A stretch of DNA of 64,000 nt from an uncultured Thermoleophilia bacterium (lineage in GTDB: Bacteria; Actinomycetota; Thermoleophilia; UBA2241), in the NCBI GenBank assembly GCA_963715985.1, contig CAVQSP010000011.1:384001-448000 (forward strand), in the 5' to 3' direction. The stretch's first letter is position 1; each line of letters opens with the position of its first letter. Made by a program: the position numbers and the translations under genes. Positions 40,019 to 50,050 of the stretch are shown one piece after another. The notes under the pieces were generated by a model. The model ran no database searches and had not been told where the DNA came from. It saw nothing but the letters and a program-made list of their open reading frames with translations.

Positions 40019-41710
40019 TCAGTGCCGGGCGCCGATGCCTCGAGCCGCCGAGGAGCCTTTGACGCGCAGCATGGCCGCGGCCGCGGCCTTCTGGTGGTTG
40101 CCGGCCACGTCGTAGGCCATCCCGACGACCCTGTACACGCCGGCCGGCAGGTCGCAGACGAACGACCACTCGCCCGCGTCCCCGACCTGGACCGCGGGCA
40201 GCCTGGTGGAGGCCGCCGTGGCGCCGTGGGCGGTGCGGAGCGCCAGGGTCACCGTGGCGCTCGCACTCGAGAAGGCGGGATCGTCCAGGCGATAGCGGAC
40301 GCGCGCCGTACCGCCACTGGTCACGACGGCGTTGCGGACACTGACCGAGGGCGCGCGCACGTCGGCGCCGGCGGCGGAGTCCACGAAGGCCTTGAGGCAC
40401 ACGTCGCTGCGCCGGTACCCGGCCATCGTCGTGAGGTCGGTCCACGCCGTCCCGTCGGCGCTGACGAACGAGCGCCCGGGAGCGGAGGTCGGCGCGATGA
40501 GCTGGGACGGGTGCTCCAGCGGGATGGGTTCGGTGGAGCCGGGCGTGGTCAGCCTGACCGCCACGACGAACACGTCGCCGTCGTTCACGGCCGCCGGCGC
40601 CGTGAGCTTGACCGTGTGGTAGCCGGCCACCAGCGCGGTGCCGCGGGCCGCCTCCGGCGCCGCGGCCAGACCCTCGAGCGTGGCCGCCACGTGCACCTCG
40701 AACGTGCTGCCCGGCACCGGCGTGTAGAAGCTGACGGCGGCCACGCGGCCGCTTCCGGCGCAGCGATAGCGGGCGGCGAACCACGCGCTCTCGCCGCCGA
40801 GGCCCAGGCTCCTGCTCCATCCGAGCGCGTCGTGCTGGTAGATGGCGTCGTAGTCGGACGCGCTCTCCGCCCCGCTGTACACCGCCATGTCCTTGCCGAA
40901 GTTGGCGTCGTAGTAGGAGATCCAGAAGTAGCCGTCGTCGCCCCAGTCGGTACCCCAGCTGTTCTTGATGAGGAAGGCGCCGTCGCCGGGCGGCGACCCG
41001 GCGAACTCCTCCGCCGGGTAGTCGTCGTCCCAGCCTACGCACGTGACGTAGTGGTCCAGGAACAGCCCCGGCACCGAAGAGTAGTACGAGAACGTCTCCG
41101 GGTCCATGTACTCGGACTGGAACGCCATGGCGCCGGCGACCCCGCCCAAGGTGGCGACTGCCCACTTGACGGCGTCGTTGTCGAGGGGGCCGGTGCGGGC
41201 CGGCAGGAAGAGCACGTCCTGCACGTGCAGCACGGCGCGCAGGCCCTCCGGCGAGCGGCCCTTGCGGGGGTAGGGGTCGGAGCGCTCCAGTACCGGCCCT
41301 TCCCAGCGTGCGAAGTAGGCCGTGGCCAGGCGGTTGTCGCCGTGCCCCTCGTAGATCAGCCTGGACGCCATGTGGTTGGCGAGGTTGTTCTCGGAGAGGT
41401 CGTACAGAGTCTGCGGGAGCAGGCACGACTCGAGAGAGGCCATCGCCGACTGGACCCAGCAGGTGCTGTAGTTCTCCTGCTGGCGCACGGGGGTGACCTT
41501 GCCCGCGGTACGCAGGTCGTAGGAGGATGCGTAGGGCCCGGCGAGCTGCCAGGGAGGAGCATCGGGCGCCGGCGTTGAAGACGTGACGGCGGTGCCGGCG
41601 GGCACACTCAGCGGCAAGCCGGGGGCGGCGCCGACGGCCGCCCCGCCCGACAGGGACGCGGCGGTGCACACGGCGAGGACCGCGAACCACACACCGGGCC
41701 GTGACTTCAC
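40019..41710 (-). CDS. Secreted papain-like C1 cysteine peptidase with lectin-like domain
   Basis: Signal peptide; VRQQ..STCW, DHYVTCVGWDD, IKNSWG and GYFWISY motifs; C-terminal VCLKAF. Confidence 0.85.
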   Translation of the reverse strand: MKSRPGVWFAVLAVCTAASLSGGAAVGAAPGLPLSVPAGTAVTSSTPAPDAPPWQLAGPYASSYDLRTAGKVTPVRQQENYSTCWVQSAMASLESCLLPQTLYDLSENNLANHMASRLIYEGHGDNRLATAYFARWEGPVLERSDPYPRKGRSPEGLRAVLHVQDVLFLPARTGPLDNDAVKWAVATLGGVAGAMAFQSEYMDPETFSYYSSVPGLFLDHYVTCVGWDDDYPAEEFAGSPPGDGAFLIKNSWGTDWGDDGYFWISYYDANFGKDMAVYSGAESASDYDAIYQHDALGWSRSLGLGGESAWFAARYRCAGSGRVAAVSFYTPVPGSTFEVHVAATLEGLAAAPEAARGTALVAGYHTVKLTAPAAVNDGDVFVVAVRLTTPGSTEPIPLEHPSQLIAPTSAPGRSFVSADGTAWTDLTTMAGYRRSDVCLKAFVDSAAGADVRAPSVSVRNAVVTSGGTARVRYRLDDPAFSSASATVTLALRTAHGATAASTRLPAVQVGDAGEWSFVCDLPAGVYRVVGMAYDVAGNHQKAAAAAMLRVKGSSAARGIGARH

Positions 41711-41913
41711 CGGCGGCCCATCCCGCTACAGGAGCTGCGCATGCCCCACTTATCGGTCCAGCGCCACGGCAAGTCAAGCCGTGTCGCCGGCCGCCCGGCG
41801 TGCCGAGGCCAGAGACGCGGGGGCGCCGCCCGGGTGGCGGCGGCACGGACGGCGCCGGGTTTCGCCTCCCTCGGTGAGCGTCGTAGGATGGGCGGCGGGA
41901 TGGGAGCCTCAGA

Positions 41914-43296
41914 GTGACGCGACGGCCGCGCCGGTGGCTTGGACTCATGCTGATCGTGGCCGCCGTGGTCGTGGCGGGCGGTGCGCTGCGCCCGCCGCCC
42001 GCCTCGGCCGGCGTCGCCGCCGGCATCACCAAGGTCCTGCAGCGGCACCACTTCGCGAGCGGCTCCACCGGCGTGTTCGTGTGGGACTTCGACAGTGCCC
42101 GTACCGTCTACTCGGCCAACGAGGGCACCCTCCTGGCGCCGGCCTCCAACATGAAGCTCGTCACCAGCCTCACGGCGCTGAGCCGGTGGGGCGCCGACCA
42201 CCGCTTCAAGACCGAGCTGTACGGGCCGGGCGTGCCGGTGTACGGCGGCGTCCTGTACGGCGACCTCTACCTCAAGGGCTACGGCGACCCGAGCCTCTCC
42301 ACACGCGCCTACCAGCGCAAGGCGTTCGGCTTCACGACGGCGTCGTTCGAGTCGTTCGCCAAGAGGCTCCGCACGCTCAAGGTGCACAAGGTCAAGGGCC
42401 GCGTGCTGGCGGACGAGAGCTACTTCGACACGCTGCGCACAGGCGCCCTGTGGACGCCGAGCCTCACGCTGGAGTCGGGGCGTCTCTCAGCCCTGACCGG
42501 CAACGAGAGCCTCGACGACGGCAACCGGGTCAAGGACCCCGCGCTGTACGCCGCCAGGCTGCTCACCCAGGCACTCCGCGCCAAGGGCATCAAGGTGGCC
42601 GGCGAGCCGGGGCGCGGCAAGGTACCCGACTCGGCGCGCCTGCTCAAGCAGCAGTTCTCGGCGCCGCTCAAGAAGCTGCTCCAGCGCATGAACAAGGACA
42701 GTGACAACTTCTTCGCCGAGATCGTCACGAAGGGACTGGGGGCGGAGTTCGAGGGCGCCGGCAGCACCGCGGCCGGCGTGGAGGTCATGAAGCAGACGCT
42801 GGCCACCATCGCCGTGCCACCGGACGCCTACGACATCTATGACGGCTCGGGGCTGAGCTACCAGAACCGGCTCACCGCCGGCGACCTGGCCAAGGTGCTG
42901 GGCGCCGCCCGCCAGCGGCCCGACGCCGACGTGTTCTTCGATGCGCTCGCCGTGGCCGGTGAGGACGGCACCCTGGAAGACCGAATGCGCGGTACGGCCG
43001 CCCAGGGCAACGCCCACGCCAAGACCGGGACGCTGAACATCGCCGTGTGCCTCTCCGGGTACGTGACGTCCGCCAACCACCACCTCGCGGGGTTCTCGAT
43101 CCTCATCAACGGGGGTTCCGTGAACTGGTTCGAGGCCACGGCCGCGCAGGACGACCTCGTGGTGCTGCTCGCGAAGAGCCGGCTCAGCGGCCGGCGGGGG
43201 GCGCGCATCTCGCCGTGGGTGCGGCAGATCCCCGTGTCGGCGTCAGACGCCGTTAACCCTGTTGGCGGCTATCTCCAGCCCGTCGTCCAGCCATAG
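41914..43296 (+). CDS. dacB: D-Ala-D-Ala carboxypeptidase/endopeptidase PBP4 (S13)
   Basis: PASNMK, SDN and KTGT motifs; DGSGLS. Confidence 0.9.
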   Translation: MTRRPRRWLGLMLIVAAVVVAGGALRPPPASAGVAAGITKVLQRHHFASGSTGVFVWDFDSARTVYSANEGTLLAPASNMKLVTSLTALSRWGADHRFKTELYGPGVPVYGGVLYGDLYLKGYGDPSLSTRAYQRKAFGFTTASFESFAKRLRTLKVHKVKGRVLADESYFDTLRTGALWTPSLTLESGRLSALTGNESLDDGNRVKDPALYAARLLTQALRAKGIKVAGEPGRGKVPDSARLLKQQFSAPLKKLLQRMNKDSDNFFAEIVTKGLGAEFEGAGSTAAGVEVMKQTLATIAVPPDAYDIYDGSGLSYQNRLTAGDLAKVLGAARQRPDADVFFDALAVAGEDGTLEDRMRGTAAQGNAHAKTGTLNIAVCLSGYVTSANHHLAGFSILINGGSVNWFEATAAQDDLVVLLAKSRLSGRRGARISPWVRQIPVSASDAVNPVGGYLQPVVQP

Positions 43297-43836
43297 CTCC
43301 ACGGCGTCGGCCGCGGCGCCCACCAGCGCGGCCACTTCGTCACGGCTCTCGGCAAAGCGGCTGAGCACGTATCCGGCCACCACGTCCGGGTCATAGCTGT
43401 CCGGGCGGTCGACGCCCACGCGCAGGCGCGCGTAGCCGGGTCCGAGCAGCCCGCTGATGCTCTTGAGACCGTTGTGGCCGCCGCTGCCGCCGCCCTCCAT
43501 GAGCCGCAGGCGGCCGAACGGCAGGTCGATGTGGTCGTGCACCACGAGCACGCGGTCGAGGGGTACCTTGAGCGCGCGCACCGCGGCCGCCACGCTGCGG
43601 CCCGAGTCGTTCATGAAGGTGGCCGGCTCGAGCAGCAGTACGGCGCGGCCGCGGGCCATGCCCTCCGCGCAGCGCCCGTCGAACCCGCGCTTGGCGCGGG
43701 GGAACCCGTGCCGCCGCGCCAGCTCGTCCACCACGAGGTAGCCGACGTTGTGGCGGGTACCGTCGTACGTCGGCCCGGGATTCCCCAGGCCGACGACGAG
43801 GTATTCGATGGTGTTCTGCGGGCGGTAGAGGGCCAC
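43243..43836 (-). CDS. pth: Peptidyl-tRNA hydrolase
   Basis: GLGNPG, TRHNVG, FMNDSG and GGHNGLKS motifs. Confidence 0.96.
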   Translation of the reverse strand: MALYRPQNTIEYLVVGLGNPGPTYDGTRHNVGYLVVDELARRHGFPRAKRGFDGRCAEGMARGRAVLLLEPATFMNDSGRSVAAAVRALKVPLDRVLVVHDHIDLPFGRLRLMEGGGSGGHNGLKSISGLLGPGYARLRVGVDRPDSYDPDVVAGYVLSRFAESRDEVAALVGAAADAVELWLDDGLEIAANRVNGV

Positions 43837-43874
43837 AGGTGCCCCGCCTCAGGCGGCGCGCCGCGTGACGGCCG

Positions 43875-44537
43875 TCAGTCGGCGGCCTCCTCGGCCTCGC
43901 CCTTGCCGACGATCTCGGGCTCGGTCGCGCCGGCCTCGGCCTCAACGGCTTCCTCACCCTCGATCCCGACCTCGGCCTTGCGCGGCGGCAGGATGGAGCA
44001 GAGGACCTCTTCGGCGTCGTCGAGGATCTCGATACCCTCGGGGATGGCGAGGTCGCCGACTTTGGCGGTGTCGTTGATGTCGAGCTCGCTGATGTCCAGC
44101 ACGAGGTGCTCGGGGATGGCGGTGACGAGGCCCCTGATGTTGACCTCGCGGGTGGACTCATCCAGCATGCCGCCGGACTTCACGCCCTTGGCTTCGCCCT
44201 CGAAGCGGATGGCGACCGTGGTCTCGATGGTCTCGTCCAGACGGATCTCCTGGAGGTCGAGATGCGTGATCGCGGGGCGCACGTGGTCGAGCTGCATGTC
44301 TTTGACGATGGCCTTGTGAGCACGCTTGTGGCCCTCGATGGTGACGTCGAGCACAGCGTGGCGCCCGGCGGGGGTGGTGAGCGCGAGCCGCAGCTCGTGC
44401 GGGTCCACGGCGAAGAGGGTGGCCTGCTTGCCGTGCCCGTACAGCACGCCGGGAATGAGGCCGTCCCCGCGCAAACGGCGCGCGGCGCGGCTGCCGGTGG
44501 TGTCGCGCGGCTGCACGACGAGAGTGACTTTGTCCAT
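43875..44537 (-). CDS. rplY: 50S ribosomal protein L25 / CTC
   Basis: ARRLR..IPGVLYG and GVKSGG motifs; acidic tail; lies between prs and pth. Confidence 0.93.
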   Translation of the reverse strand: MDKVTLVVQPRDTTGSRAARRLRGDGLIPGVLYGHGKQATLFAVDPHELRLALTTPAGRHAVLDVTIEGHKRAHKAIVKDMQLDHVRPAITHLDLQEIRLDETIETTVAIRFEGEAKGVKSGGMLDESTREVNIRGLVTAIPEHLVLDISELDINDTAKVGDLAIPEGIEILDDAEEVLCSILPPRKAEVGIEGEEAVEAEAGATEPEIVGKGEAEEAAD

Positions 44538-44550
44538 TGGTCGTCTCCTG

Positions 44551-45552
44551 CTAGAAGAGCTGGTTCTCGCCGGCGAACAGCTCGCTCACCGACTCGTCCT
44601 CGAACACGTTCTTGATGGTGCTGGCCAGGGTGTCGGCCACGGAGAGTACTTTGACTTTGGAGTCGTTCGCGCCGGGGGTCATGGGCACCGTGTCGGTGAC
44701 CACGACCTCCTTGACCGGCGACTCCCGCAGGCGTTCGAACGCCGGCGGCGAGAAGACGCCGTGCGTGGCCGTGACGTAGACCTCGCGGGCGCCGTTCTCG
44801 TACAGCGTGTCGACGGCGTTCACCACCGAGCCGCCGGTGTCGATCATGTCGTCCACCACGACGGCGATCTTGTCGCGCACGTCGCCGATGAAGTGCATGG
44901 TCTCGGCGCGGTTGTGCTCGGGGCGCATCTTGGTGAGCACGGCCAGCTCCGCCCCGGGCAGCCGGTTGATGAACCGCTTGGTGAGCTTGACCCCGCCGGC
45001 GTCGGCGGAGACGCCCACCACGGGGCAGCCGCCGAAGTCCTTGTAGCGGAAGTAGTCGGCGAGCATGGGCACGGCCGTCATGTGGTCCACGGGGATGGTG
45101 AAGAAGCCCTGGATCTGGCCCTGGTGCAGGTCCATGGAGAGCACGCGGTCGGCGCCGGCCGCCTCGAGCAGCGTCGCCATGAGGCGTGCGGTGATGGGCT
45201 CGCGGGAGGCGCTCTTCTTGTCCTGGCGCGAATACGGGAAGTACGGGATCACCGCCGTGACGCGGCGCGCCGAGGCGAGCTTGGCGGCCTGGATCATGAT
45301 GAGCAGTTCCATGACCTCGTCGTTGACGTGCCCCTTGCCGCACGGAGACGCGACGATGAAGAGGTCGGTGCCGCGCACGTTCTCCTCGTAGCGGGCGTAG
45401 ATCTCGCCGTTGGCGAACGTGTTGAGCTGCACCCCACCGAGCGTGATGTCCAGCTTCTCCGCGATCTTCGCGGCGAGCGCGGGGTTACTGCGCCCGGAGA
45501 ACAGCTTGAGGCGTTTCTGGGTGGTGATCACGCAGCAGGACGAATCGGCCAC
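44551..45552 (-). CDS. prs: Ribose-phosphate pyrophosphokinase
   Basis: FANGE, YSRQDKK, MDLH and VDDMIDTGG motifs. Confidence 0.96.
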   Translation of the reverse strand: MADSSCCVITTQKRLKLFSGRSNPALAAKIAEKLDITLGGVQLNTFANGEIYARYEENVRGTDLFIVASPCGKGHVNDEVMELLIMIQAAKLASARRVTAVIPYFPYSRQDKKSASREPITARLMATLLEAAGADRVLSMDLHQGQIQGFFTIPVDHMTAVPMLADYFRYKDFGGCPVVGVSADAGGVKLTKRFINRLPGAELAVLTKMRPEHNRAETMHFIGDVRDKIAVVVDDMIDTGGSVVNAVDTLYENGAREVYVTATHGVFSPPAFERLRESPVKEVVVTDTVPMTPGANDSKVKVLSVADTLASTIKNVFEDESVSELFAGENQLF

Positions 45553-45629
45553 CTCATCCCCTTCCGTGGTCTGGCGTCGGCCGAACAGAGATTGTACCAG
45601 AGAGGGAACACCCGGCCCGCAGGCGGCTG

Positions 45630-47054
45630 CTAGGCGTCGTCACCGGCCTGCTGACGCAGGCGGCGCGCGGCGCGGCGCTCGGCGTAGCCCTCCACGTTCT
45701 CCTGCTTGCCGCGAGCCACGCCCAGCGCACCGGCCGGCACGTCGCGCGTGATCACCGAGCCGGCCGCCGTGAAGGCGCCGTCGCCGATGGTGACCGGCGC
45801 CACCAGCGTGGTGTCGCTGCCGGTGCGCACGCCGTCGCCGATGGTGGTGGGGTGCTTCTCGAAACCGTCGTAGTTGGCCGTGATGTTGCCGGCCGCGATG
45901 TTGCTGCCGCGGCCCACCACGGCGTCGCCCACGTAGCTGAGGTGCGGCACCTTGCTGCCCTCGCCGATGCGGCTGTTCTTGATCTCCACGAAGGTGCCGG
46001 CCTTGGCGCCCTCGGCGAGCACGGTGTTGGGGCGGATGTAGGCGAAGGGTCCCACGCTGCAGCCGGAGCCGATGACGCACTCCGCCAGGTGCGAGCTGAC
46101 GATGCGGACGCGGTCGCCGATGAAGGCGTCGCGCACGAAGGCGCCGGGGCCGATCTCGCAGGCCGCGCCGACGGTCGTGCGGCCGAGCAGGTGGGTGCTG
46201 GCGCGGAGCAGCGTGTCGCGGCCCACCTCGACGCCCCAGTCGACGTAGGTGGTCTCCGGGTCCTCCACACTGACGCCGGCGAGCATGAGGCGCTCCAGCA
46301 GGCGCCAGCGCATGGCGGCGTTGACGATGGCGAGCTCCACCCGCGAGTTCACGCCCATGCACATCTCTTCGTCGTCGCTCTCGAACGTCGCCACGGTGTG
46401 CTCGGCGTCGATGAGCAGGTGGACGACGTCGGTGAGGTACAGCTCGCCCTGGTCGTTGTCGCCGGTGAGGCGCTGGAGGGCCGGGCGCAGGGCGTCGCCG
46501 CGGAACACGTACAGGCCCACGTTGATCTCGTCGATGTCGCGCTCGTCGGGGGTGGCGTCGCGATACTCGACGATGCGGGTCACGTGACCGGCCTCGTCGC
46601 GCACGATACGCCCGTAGTGCGCCGGATCGTCCAGCCGCACGGTGGTGAGCGTGGCGGCCGCGTCGGCGTCCTTGTGGCGGCCGAAGAGGTCGGCGACGAA
46701 CTCCGCGTTCACGAGCGGCACGTCGCCGTACAGCACCATGACGTCGCCCTCGAAGTCGTGCAGGGGCTCGAGGCCGGCACGCACGGCGTCGCCGGTGCCG
46801 CGGCGCTCCTGCTGCACGGCGCGCTCGCACCCCACCGGGAGGATCTCGACGATCTCTTCCTGGTCCGGGCCGGTGACCACCACGATGCGCGACGGCGAGA
46901 TGCTGAGGGCCGCGTCGATGACATACGAGAGCATGGGACGCCCGCAGACGTGATGCAGCACCTTGGGAGCCTCGGACTTCATGCGCGTGCCCAGGCCGGC
47001 AGCCAGGATCACGACGGCAAGCGGCGGACGGCTGGGTGTGAGGGTGTCGGTCAT
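45630..47054 (-). CDS. glmU: Bifunctional GlmU
   Basis: LAAGLGTRMKS, ELYLTD, hexapeptide repeats, HLSYVGDA and NYDG motifs. Confidence 0.96.
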   Translation of the reverse strand: MTDTLTPSRPPLAVVILAAGLGTRMKSEAPKVLHHVCGRPMLSYVIDAALSISPSRIVVVTGPDQEEIVEILPVGCERAVQQERRGTGDAVRAGLEPLHDFEGDVMVLYGDVPLVNAEFVADLFGRHKDADAAATLTTVRLDDPAHYGRIVRDEAGHVTRIVEYRDATPDERDIDEINVGLYVFRGDALRPALQRLTGDNDQGELYLTDVVHLLIDAEHTVATFESDDEEMCMGVNSRVELAIVNAAMRWRLLERLMLAGVSVEDPETTYVDWGVEVGRDTLLRASTHLLGRTTVGAACEIGPGAFVRDAFIGDRVRIVSSHLAECVIGSGCSVGPFAYIRPNTVLAEGAKAGTFVEIKNSRIGEGSKVPHLSYVGDAVVGRGSNIAAGNITANYDGFEKHPTTIGDGVRTGSDTTLVAPVTIGDGAFTAAGSVITRDVPAGALGVARGKQENVEGYAERRAARRLRQQAGDDA

Positions 47055-47101
47055 ATGTGTCACCTGGCCGTGGTAGCGGGCGCGCGAGGCGCCGTTGAGG
47101 G

Positions 47102-47176
47102 TGGCTGGGGCGGGAGGATTCGAACCTCCGGATGCCGGGACCAAAACCCGGTGCCTTACCACTTGGCTACGCCCCA
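47102..47176 (-). tRNA. tRNA-Gln(UUG)
   Basis: TGGGGCGTAGCCAAGTGGTAAGGCACCGGGTTTTGGTCCCGG...GGTTCGAATCC...CCA. Confidence 0.96.
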
Positions 47177-47235
47177 GCGTAGGTCGGGGCGCCGCCGGGC
47201 GACGGGCGCCCGCCGCTCAGCGGCAGGCTATTCTA

Positions 47236-48267
47236 TCACCCGCGCGCGCGGCCGGGCCCGCCGCGAGGGGAGCCGCCGGCACGGCGACGAGGGCCGCCCG
47301 GCGAGTCGCCGCCGGAGGGGCGCCCGCCCGCGCCGGAGGGCGGCCCGCCGGAGGCGCGGCCGCCGGGGCCGGCGCGGCGTCCTGTCACCGGCTGCAGGTC
47401 CCCGGCACACCAGGCGCGGGCCGGCGCCAGCCGGGCCCGCGCCGCGCTCGCCTCCTCCTCGCCGGCGAAGATGCCGAACACGGCGGCGCCGCTGCCGGTC
47501 ATGGCCGCCGCCAGCGCGCCGGCCGCGGCCATACGCTCACACAGCTCCGCCACCGCGGGTTTGCGGGCAGTCACGCTGGCCTGCAGGTCGTTGTGCACGA
47601 GAGCCGCCACGTCCGTCACGGTGCGCGCCGCCTGGATGCGCCCCGAGAGGTCCCGCGCCCGGGGGATGAAATCGCGCAGGGACGCCTCAGCGTCCTCGTC
47701 GCGCCAGCGGTACACCGCGGCTGTGCTGAGGCCCAGATCGGGCATCGCGATCACGAAGCTCAGCTCGGGGAGCTCGACGGCCTTGAGCACCTGGCCGCGA
47801 CCCATGACGAACTGGGCACCCGGCCACAGGAAGAAGGGCACGTCCGAGCCTACCGCGGCGGCCACCTCGTGGCGCACCTTGTCCGAGAGCTCAAGGGAGA
47901 AGAGGTCCTCGATCGCGGCGAGCGTGGCGGCGGCGTCCGAGCTGCCGCCGCCGAGCCCGCCGCCCGGGGGGATGCGCTTGTCGATGGTCACCTTCACCTC
48001 GAAGCGCCGCTCCAGCCGGGCCTCCAGCTCGCGCACCAGCTTGGCCGCCAGGTTCTGCTCCCCGGGCGCCACCTCGCACACCACGTCCAGCCCCGCCCCG
48101 GGGGTCCGCTCGACCAGCACGCGGTCGGCCAGGGTCACCGGGACCATCAGGGAGGCGATCTCGTGAAAACCGTCCGGGCGCGAAGGGCCCACCAGCAGCG
48201 CCAGATTGAGCTTGGCCGGGGCCGCCACCTCCGTCACGGCCGCTGACCCGTTGCCGCTCACCATCAT
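47236..48267 (-). CDS. ispE: 4-diphosphocytidyl-2-C-methyl-D-erythritol kinase
   Basis: APAKLNL, GLGGGSSDAA, GSDVPFF and MTGSG motifs. Confidence 0.93.
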   Translation of the reverse strand: MMVSGNGSAAVTEVAAPAKLNLALLVGPSRPDGFHEIASLMVPVTLADRVLVERTPGAGLDVVCEVAPGEQNLAAKLVRELEARLERRFEVKVTIDKRIPPGGGLGGGSSDAAATLAAIEDLFSLELSDKVRHEVAAAVGSDVPFFLWPGAQFVMGRGQVLKAVELPELSFVIAMPDLGLSTAAVYRWRDEDAEASLRDFIPRARDLSGRIQAARTVTDVAALVHNDLQASVTARKPAVAELCERMAAAGALAAAMTGSGAAVFGIFAGEEEASAARARLAPARAWCAGDLQPVTGRRAGPGGRASGGPPSGAGGRPSGGDSPGGPRRRAGGSPRGGPGRARG

Positions 48268-48301
48268 GCCTGTACCTCCACGATGTCAGGGCCTCTGCTT
48301 G

Positions 48302-49237
48302 TCACCGGCGCCGGAGGTCCGGCTCCAGCCAGCCGGCGCGGCGCGCGAACGTCACCCACTGCGGCGGCGCCAGCTCCTCCGGGCGCGCCGCCGGGGCAAG
48401 GTCAAGATCCTCGAGTGTGCCGCGCACCGTCTCGCGCGAGAGGGTCACGCCGCCGTAGGCCGCTCCGGCAAGGGTGTTGGTGAGCACCTTGCGCCGCTGC
48501 CCGAAGGCGATCCGCACCAGGCGGTCCATGGCCTGGTACTCGGCCGCGGTGAGGGCGGAGTCGTCTGCCCGCCGCACGAACGACACGAAGGAGGACTCCA
48601 CCCTGGGCCGCGGGCGGAAGGCGGCCGCCGGCACGGGGCGCGACTCCACCTTGCGGCACGCGAGCTGCACGAGCACCGAGACGGCCGCGTACGCCTTGGT
48701 CGACGGCATCGCGAACAGGCGCTCGGCAAGCTCGCGCTGCACCATCACCGCCCAGTGCCCGACTGTCGGCAGCGTGGCGATGCTCGTCATGATGAGCGGG
48801 ATGGCGATGTTGTAGGCGAGGTTGGCGACCAGGGCCGTGGGCGGCGGCTCGAGGACGGTGAGGTCCGCCCTGAGCGCGTCCCCCTCGTGCACGCGCAGGT
48901 TGTCGTGCTCGCCGGCGAGCCGCTCGAGGCGCGAGAAGTAGCGGCGGTCGATCTCGAAGGCATGCACGAGCCGGGCGCGCTCCAGGACGGGCCGCGTGAG
49001 CTGGCCGTCCGCGGCGCCGACCTCGAGCACCACGTCGTCCTGCGTCACGGCGGCCTGCTCGACGATGGCGCGCAGCACGTTGCGGTCCACGAGGTGGTTC
49101 TGACCGTAGCGGTGCAGCGCGTGCGGACGCGGCGGGCGGCTGCGCTCCTCCGGCCCTTGGCCCGGCGACCCGCTGCGACCGCCTCGCGGCGCGCCCTTCC
49201 CGCCGCCCGCGCCCGAAGCGCCGTGGCCGGCGGGCAC
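48302..49237 (-). CDS. rsmA: 16S rRNA adenine dimethyltransferase
   Basis: YGQNHL, LEVGAADG, EID, VANLAYNI, MVQRE and FGQRRK motifs. Confidence 0.9.
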   Translation of the reverse strand: MPAGHGASGAGGGKGAPRGGRSGSPGQGPEERSRPPRPHALHRYGQNHLVDRNVLRAIVEQAAVTQDDVVLEVGAADGQLTRPVLERARLVHAFEIDRRYFSRLERLAGEHDNLRVHEGDALRADLTVLEPPPTALVANLAYNIAIPLIMTSIATLPTVGHWAVMVQRELAERLFAMPSTKAYAAVSVLVQLACRKVESRPVPAAAFRPRPRVESSFVSFVRRADDSALTAAEYQAMDRLVRIAFGQRRKVLTNTLAGAAYGGVTLSRETVRGTLEDLDLAPAARPEELAPPQWVTFARRAGWLEPDLRRR

Positions 49238-49239
49238 CG

Positions 49240-50005
49240 TCAGGACCCTCCCGCCAGCCCGAAGGCGCGGCGCGCGTTCTCCGTGGTGACCTCGGCCGAC
49301 GCGCGCCGCGTCCCAGCCACGCGCCTCCGCGACCACGGCGGCGGTGTGCACGACCCACGCCGGCTCGTTGCTGTTGCCGCGGTTGGGCACCGGCGCCAGG
49401 AACGGCGCGTCGGTCTCCACGAGCAGGCGGTCCTCGCGCACCCGCGCCGCCGCCGCGCGGAGGGCGCCGGCGTTCTTGTACGTCACGTTGCCGGCGAAGC
49501 TCGAGTAGTAGCCGCGCTCGTTGCACTCGTCCACTGGATCCGGCAGCGAGAAGCAGTGCATGACGACGGTGAGGCCGGCGGCCTCCTCGGCCAGCTGTGC
49601 CATGGCCTCGTCCCCGGCCTCGCGCACGTGCACCACGAGCGGCAGGCCGGCACGGCGTGCGAGCGCGATCTGGGCGCTGAAGGCACGCCGCTGCGCCGCG
49701 CGCGGCGAGAGGTCCCTGTAGAAGTCCAGCCCGCACTCCCCCACGGCCACGACGCGTGGGCGGGCGGCGAGCTCCTCGAGCTCGCCGAGCAGTACCTCGT
49801 CGCAGGCCGCCGCGTCGTGCGGGTGCAGGCCGACCGTGGCGTACACGCCGTCGAGGCGCGAGGCCAGCTCGATGGCCTGCCGCGAGGTGGCGAGGTCGAT
49901 GCCGATGGTGATCACCGTGTCCACACCGGCGACGCACGCGTCGCGCACGGCCGCGGCCGGGTCGGCGATCATCTCGAGGTGGCAGTGAGTGTCTGTCAGC
50001 GGCAC
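49240..50005 (-). CDS. tatD: TatD family hydrolase (single-base frameshift near 49295)
   Basis: DTHCHL, GLHPH, GECGLD and ETDAPF motifs. The true end AEVTTENARRAF is in the adjacent frame, with stop at 49240. Confidence 0.9.
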
Positions 50006-50050
50006 GTGATCACACGGGTCGCGGCCGGGCGACGCACGGCGAGGGCCGGC

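Noticed and set aside
48302-50005. Apparent TatD-RsmA fusion (567 aa)
   Set aside because: One extra base near 49295 explains it; the normal TatD C-terminus and stop are in the adjacent frame.
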